From: Candidatus Methylomirabilota bacterium
GTDB taxonomy: Bacteria; Methylomirabilota; Methylomirabilia; Rokubacteriales; CSP1-6
DNA: 27,744 nt
Direction: 5' to 3'
Assembly (NCBI GenBank): GCA_046726415.1
Contig: JBKPAK010000145.1
Location: 1 to 27,744, forward strand
Part shown: positions 23,120 to 27,744 of the stretch, piece after piece
Numbering within the stretch: the stretch's first letter is position 1
Layout: the number at the start of each line of letters is the position of its first letter
Position numbers and translations under genes: made by a program
The notes under the pieces: model-generated
What the model was told of the DNA's origin: nothing
Databases searched by the model: none
The model's input: only the letters and a program-made list of their open reading frames with translations

Positions 23120-24040
23120 CTACCTCGCCAGCCGGATTCGCGGGTCGATGAAAGCGTAGAGGATATCCACGATCAGGTTGATCCCGACGATCATGAAGCC
23201 GGCCATGATCACCACTCCCTGCACGAGCGGGAAGTCCCGCTGGAAGATACCCTCGTAGAGCAGGCGGCCGATGCCCGGCCACGCGAAGATCACCTCGATG
23301 ATGACGGCGGCGTTGACCATCACCACCATGTTGACCCCGGCCAAGGTGAAGACCGGAATGAGCGAGTTCTTGAACGCGTGCATGGCGATGACCACGACCT
23401 CCGGAAGCCCCTTGAGCCGGGCGAGCTTGATGTACTCGCTCCCCAGCACCTCCAGCATGCTCGAACGGGTCAGCCTGAGCATCGACGCGGCAAAGTACCA
23501 CCCGAGCGCGAGGGCCGGCATGACGACGTGAGACCAGTCGCCAGCCCCGGAGGTCGGCAGCCAGCGGAGCCAAACGGAGAACACGAGGATCAACACCAGC
23601 CCCAGCCAGAACCCCGGGATCGAGAGCCCGAGCAGGGCGACGATCTTGGCGACGTTGTCCCACCAGCTATTCACCTTCACCGCCGAGATGATGCCCGCGG
23701 GAATACCGATGAGCAGGGAGATGAGGGTGGCGGCGAGCCCCAGGGTCAGCGAGTTGGGCAGCCGCTGGAAGTACAGCTCGCTGACGGGAAGCCTATAGTT
23801 AAAAGACTTGCCGAGCTCCCCTCGGAAGGCGTTCTGCATGAAGGTCAGGTACTGCACGGGCCACGACCGGTCGAGTCCCCACTGCTGGCGGATCCGATCG
23901 AGATCCTCGGGGCGCGCGCTGGCTTCCGCCATGAGCGCCACGGGATCACCGGTGAGCCGGACGATGAGGAAGATCGTCGCGCTCAGAATGCCGAGGGTGG
24001 CGATGCTGTAGAGGACCCGCCGGACGATGAACTCCCGCAT
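23120..24040 (-). CDS. Opp/Dpp-family ABC permease (OppB-like)
   Basis: Start MREFIVRR (ATG 24040); TRSSMLEVL.SEYI..AR.KG, FAWPGIG, RDFPLVQG, IDPRIR. Confidence 0.93.
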   Translation of the reverse strand: MREFIVRRVLYSIATLGILSATIFLIVRLTGDPVALMAEASARPEDLDRIRQQWGLDRSWPVQYLTFMQNAFRGELGKSFNYRLPVSELYFQRLPNSLTLGLAATLISLLIGIPAGIISAVKVNSWWDNVAKIVALLGLSIPGFWLGLVLILVFSVWLRWLPTSGAGDWSHVVMPALALGWYFAASMLRLTRSSMLEVLGSEYIKLARLKGLPEVVVIAMHAFKNSLIPVFTLAGVNMVVMVNAAVIIEVIFAWPGIGRLLYEGIFQRDFPLVQGVVIMAGFMIVGINLIVDILYAFIDPRIRLAR

Positions 24041-24054
24041 GCCCAGGGCTCCGG

Positions 24055-25653
24055 CTACTGGTCCTTCACTTTCAGATCCTCCCACGGGTAGGCATAGCCC
24101 GTGGTGATGGTCGGGAAGACGTCTTGCCACTTCTGGGCCACCACCCGGGGACCGATGGCGTTGACGAACGCGTGGCGGAACACCGGCACCAGGTAGTAGT
24201 TTTCGAGGATCCCGCGCTGGATCTCCTCGGCGAGCTTCTTCCGCTCGGTCGGATTGATCGACCGCTCGTACTGGTCGAACTTGGCGTCGAGATCCTTTAC
24301 GCAGATGCGGTCGCGGGAATTGAAGCCGCCGCACTTGAAATAGCCTTCGTACCAGAACGACCAGCTTCCCGCGATCCTGACCCCGTTCAAAATGATCTGG
24401 GTGCCGGGAAATTCCTTGAGTCCGCCCTGGAGTCGCTGGAAGAAGATGCCCCGCTCCATGGTCTGGAGCCTGCCCCGGATGCCCACCTCACGGAGCTGTG
24501 CGATGATGCGCTCGCCCCGCGAGTAGAACGTCGGCAGCGGGGTGACCCAGTCGACGTCGAACCCGTTCGGATAACCGGCCTCGCGCAGGAGCTGTTTGGC
24601 CTTGTCGACATTGCGCTCGAACTCGGGCCACTCGATGGCGTACTGGACATCGTTGTTGATCCAGTTACCCGTCACCTTGCCCATTCCCGCCGTCTCCGCC
24701 TGGTTCATGGCCCGCCGGTCGATGGCCAGGCTCACCGCTTCGCGCACCCGCTTGTCGCGGAAGGGGTTCTTGGGGTCCTGGAACCCGGGAAACTCGAGGA
24801 AGAAGGAGCCGGACAGCACCGGCGCCAAGGTCACCCCGGGAAGCTTCCCCACCTTGCCGATCAGCTCGCCGGGGACGTTGTAGATGATGTCCGCCTCGCC
24901 GCGCTCCAGCATCGCGACCCGGGTGGCCGCCTCCGGCACCGCGGTCATGACGAGTTGCTTCACGTGGACCGGCCGGTAGTAGCCGTCGAAGGCCTCCATC
25001 TCGACCTTCACGCCTGGCTCGTGGCGCAGGAGCTTGTAGGGACCCGCGCCGATGGGCTTCTGCTTGAAGGCGTCCGCGCCCACCTGCTTGTAATACTTCT
25101 CGGGCACGACCCAGCCGGGGGCGGCGACGTTGGCGGTCCCGAAAAGGATGGCGAAGTCGAGGAAGGGCTCCTTGAAGAGGAATCTGACCGTCCGCTCGTC
25201 TACGATCTCGACGCGCTCGGTCTTCTTCTTGAAGACATCGGCCTTGGCGCCCCGGTAGTTCTCGTAGCTGAACTTGACGTCCTGCACGGTGACGGGGTCG
25301 CCGTTGTGGAACTTGATCCCTTTGCGCAAGATGAAGGTGGCGCTCTTGGCATCCGCGGCGACCGTGAAGCGCTCGGCGAGGGCCGTATAGTCGTAGAGCG
25401 CAGTGCCCTGATTCTTGATGAGGGCGTCGTGGAGGGCCGTGAAAAAGTTGTCTGGCGTGGCGGTGCCGTCGTGCTCCTGGGGGTCGAGCCAGCGGGACGC
25501 CAAGCCAGCGTGCCAGGCGAGGACGATCTTGCCCTTGGCGGAGGCCGTGGCTGGTGACGAGAAGGGTATGGCCGTCGACGCGAGGCCGACGCCGAGCAAC
25601 GCGACGGCCAGCACGCCGACGACGTTCCGAGCCTTACATCGGGGACGTCTCAT
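24055..25653 (-). CDS. Family-5 (OppA/DppA-like) ABC substrate-binding protein
   Basis: Signal peptide; FILRKGIKFHNGDPVT..DVKFS, PIGAGPY, DKRVREAVSLAIDR, AKQLLREAGYPNGF. Confidence 0.93.
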   Translation of the reverse strand: MRRPRCKARNVVGVLAVALLGVGLASTAIPFSSPATASAKGKIVLAWHAGLASRWLDPQEHDGTATPDNFFTALHDALIKNQGTALYDYTALAERFTVAADAKSATFILRKGIKFHNGDPVTVQDVKFSYENYRGAKADVFKKKTERVEIVDERTVRFLFKEPFLDFAILFGTANVAAPGWVVPEKYYKQVGADAFKQKPIGAGPYKLLRHEPGVKVEMEAFDGYYRPVHVKQLVMTAVPEAATRVAMLERGEADIIYNVPGELIGKVGKLPGVTLAPVLSGSFFLEFPGFQDPKNPFRDKRVREAVSLAIDRRAMNQAETAGMGKVTGNWINNDVQYAIEWPEFERNVDKAKQLLREAGYPNGFDVDWVTPLPTFYSRGERIIAQLREVGIRGRLQTMERGIFFQRLQGGLKEFPGTQIILNGVRIAGSWSFWYEGYFKCGGFNSRDRICVKDLDAKFDQYERSINPTERKKLAEEIQRGILENYYLVPVFRHAFVNAIGPRVVAQKWQDVFPTITTGYAYPWEDLKVKDQ

Positions 25654-25701
25654 CGCTGAGCCTCCATCCGCCGAGGCGGTAGTTCGCTGGAAAGGTCCCT
25701 T

Positions 25702-25730
25702 AAGCTAGCGTGGGGCCCGGGAGCGGTCAA
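25702..25730 (-). promoter_or_regulatory. Putative sigma70 promoter of the ABC/TAXI transport operon
   Basis: Minus strand TTGACC (25730-25725), 17 bp, TAGCTT (25707-25702). Confidence 0.55.
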
Positions 25731-25890
25731 GGCGTCGCTCCAACCGGAGGTGAGGTGTGTGAGCGGCCCGCGTACGCGCCGGGCGAGCCGTCCGCCGACG
25801 GGGCTTGCGCGGAGACCGCGGTCATGCGATTCCACGCATACCGCGACGAGGCGCCGGAGCCGCGGCTCCCGTCATCCCGGAGGTGCGGGC

Positions 25891-27327
25891 ATGCTCGATC
25901 TCGTGATCCAGGGTGGGCAAGTCGTGACGCCGCACGGCGTCGCCGAGATGGACGTCGGCGTGCAGGGCGAGAAGATCGCGGCCCTCGGCTGGCCCGGCAC
26001 GCTCGCCGGCGGCGGCCGTGTCGTCGACGCCCGCGGCAAGATCGTCATTCCGGGCGGCATCGAGCCGCATGCGCATATCTCGATCCCGGTGCCCGAGATG
26101 TGGGCGGGCCGGCCAGACGTCATGACTCAACCGCCCGAAGCGGCCAGTCGCGCCGCCGCGTTCGGGGGCGTGACGACGATCGTCGACTTTGCTGGCGATC
26201 TGACCTTGACGCCCGGCGCCCACTCACCGCGGGTGCCCATCGCCGAGCACGTCGAGCGGCGGCGCGCCGTCTTCCGCGGCCACGCTTACACCGACTTCGC
26301 GTTCCACTACATCCTGGCCGGGGAGGTCGCGCCGGAGACGATCGGCGAGATCGGCGAGGCGATCCAGGACGGCATCGCCAGCTTCAAGATCTTCACGACC
26401 TTCCGGCCGATCCGCGTGCCGTACGGCCACCTGTGGAGCATCTTCGCCGAGGTCGCGAAGCATGGCGGCATCATGGCCGTGCATGCGGAGGAAGACGACG
26501 TCGTCACCTACATGACCGAGAAGCTCAAGCGAGAGGGGCGGGCGCAGGGCCACAACCTGCACCTCGTGCACAACAACATCTCCGAGGACCTGGCCTTCCG
26601 GCACATCATCCGCCTCGCCCGCCACACCGGCGCCGCCGTCTACTTCGTGCACACCACCGCGAAGGAAGGCGTCGCCGCCATCGCCGAAGCGCGAAGCCAG
26701 GGACAGCCGGTGTACGGCGAAGCGCTGCACAACTACCTGCAGTTCACCTGCGACGACTACCGGAAGCCCGGCGGCACGGCGATCCACACCTATCCGGCCA
26801 TCAAGTTCGCCGACGACCGGGACGCGCTGATCGCCGGGCTCCTCGACGGCCGGCTCGCCACTACGGCCACCGACGAGTACACCGTGCACAAAGCCTACAA
26901 GCTGGCCGGCGACACCATCGAGACCGTGTGCGGCGGCCACAACGGCATCGAAACGCGCCTGCCGGTGGCTTTCACCAAGTTTGTCGCCGAGCGCCAGATG
27001 CCCCTGACGCGGTTCGTGGACATCACCGCAGCCAACGCGGCACGCATCCTCGGTCTCTACCCGCGGAAGGGCGCAATCCAGCCGGGCAGCGACGCCGACC
27101 TCGTGCTGATCGATCCCGCTCTGAACAAGACGATCGCCCTGGCCGACCTGCACGCGGATGCCGACTACAGCATCTGGGAGGGCTTCGCCTGCCGGGGTTA
27201 CCCGGTGATGACCATCCTGCGCGGCAAGGTCATCGTCGACCACGGCACGCTGGTGGGCAGCTCCTCTGACGGCCGCTGGCTCGAGCGACGGGTCTCGGGC
27301 GACGTGCTGAGCCGCCCGGTGGTGTAA
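25891..27327 (+). CDS. Dihydropyrimidinase/D-hydantoinase-like cyclic amidohydrolase
   Basis: Start MLDLVIQGG (ATG 25891, GGAGG SD); PGGIEPHAH, AAFGGVTTIVDF, SFKIF, VHAE, VH, ATD, KGAIQPGSDADLV. Confidence 0.88.
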   Translation: MLDLVIQGGQVVTPHGVAEMDVGVQGEKIAALGWPGTLAGGGRVVDARGKIVIPGGIEPHAHISIPVPEMWAGRPDVMTQPPEAASRAAAFGGVTTIVDFAGDLTLTPGAHSPRVPIAEHVERRRAVFRGHAYTDFAFHYILAGEVAPETIGEIGEAIQDGIASFKIFTTFRPIRVPYGHLWSIFAEVAKHGGIMAVHAEEDDVVTYMTEKLKREGRAQGHNLHLVHNNISEDLAFRHIIRLARHTGAAVYFVHTTAKEGVAAIAEARSQGQPVYGEALHNYLQFTCDDYRKPGGTAIHTYPAIKFADDRDALIAGLLDGRLATTATDEYTVHKAYKLAGDTIETVCGGHNGIETRLPVAFTKFVAERQMPLTRFVDITAANAARILGLYPRKGAIQPGSDADLVLIDPALNKTIALADLHADADYSIWEGFACRGYPVMTILRGKVIVDHGTLVGSSSDGRWLERRVSGDVLSRPVV

Positions 27328-27463
27328 GGGCGGCGGTGGACCGTATCCTGACGGGCCTGGCCCGCGGCCCGGCGTCTCGATGGCGCACGACGCGCATGGC
27401 ATCACGAGCGACTACGAGATCGACGGGGTGATCGGCGGTCGGGACGACCCGGTTCGAACCCGA

Positions 27464-27480
27464 GCCATCCTCGGGATGGC
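27464..27480. terminator. Hairpin between convergent genes
   Basis: GCCATCC-tcg-GGATGGC followed by CTTCT; lies 9 nt past the stop of the minus-strand LLM gene. Confidence 0.35.
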
Positions 27481-27488
27481 CTTCTCGC

Positions 27489-27744
27489 TCACCCCAGATG
27501 GGCGACGCGGAGCGCCACGTGCTCCATCAGGAGTCGCAAGCTCTCGTGGTCCCATCCGGCATCGTCCGAGTCCGTGGTGATCGATAGCAGCGCGCCGAAG
27601 CCGCCGCTTTCTTCATACAGCTGCTGGATCTTCTCCGCGCATTCTACCGGGTCGCCGACGATCCAGACGTTCTCCATCAAGTAGTCGGCGGTCACCGCTT
27701 CATCGGGCATGGATGACTCGAGTTTGGTGGACGCCATCTGGATG
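27489..27744 (-). CDS. LLM-class (luciferase-like) flavin-dependent monooxygenase, 3' end only
   Basis: PDEAVTADYLMENVWIVGDPVECAEKIQQLYEESGGFGALL...ESLRLLMEHV is a typical LLM C-terminus; the frame is open to the window edge. Confidence 0.75.
   Translation of the reverse strand, partial: IQMASTKLESSMPDEAVTADYLMENVWIVGDPVECAEKIQQLYEESGGFGALLSITTDSDDAGWDHESLRLLMEHVALRVAHLG

Noticed and set aside
27446-27470. tRNA fragment/att site (GGTTCGAACCC resembles a T-loop)
   Set aside because: The T-stem pairs only 4 of 5, with no acceptor stem, CCA end, D arm or anticodon arm, and no integrase nearby.
27337-27580. Small + strand ORF (MAHDAHGITSDYE...) as a gene or amidohydrolase remnant
   Set aside because: Resemblance to 'AHGVTAIYE' is too short to support, and it overlaps the LLM gene on the opposite strand.

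Overview
GC-rich bacterial window, almost fully coding. Gene content and the GC-rich intergenic hairpin repeats suggest Ca. Rokubacteria/Methylomirabilota; this taxonomy is inference only. Left part (1-7.1 kb): a DinB-like gene missed by the ORF track with its motifs in permuted order, an exported YVTN beta-propeller, an exported creatininase-like protein with altered metal ligands, a VOC remnant, an MntA/HepT type VII toxin-antitoxin pair, a K+ channel, an ArnT-like glycosyltransferase and an NrtS-like membrane protein with a CxxC/CxxC head. Middle and right part (7.1-27.7 kb): a mostly minus-strand catabolic/redox region. It holds an orphan Mo-hydroxylase large subunit, a 63/60-bp tandem hairpin repeat before an alpha/beta hydrolase, PduO, a GNAT remnant, a GntR-CADD/PqqC-like dimetal oxidase-Rieske ferredoxin-GlcG operon with a clear promoter and operator, an enolase-superfamily enzyme and a UbiD decarboxylase. 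It continues with a deleted TRAP permease, an amidohydrolase, a TAXI binding protein, an Opp/Dpp ABC transporter, a divergent hydantoinase-like gene and the 3' end of an LLM-class monooxygenase. The best candidate for an undescribed system is the GntR-controlled dimetal oxidase + Rieske + GlcG (+PduO) module: the oxidase keeps all six metal ligands but lacks the residues CADD uses to make pABA. All calls come from motif reading by eye; no database searches were run.
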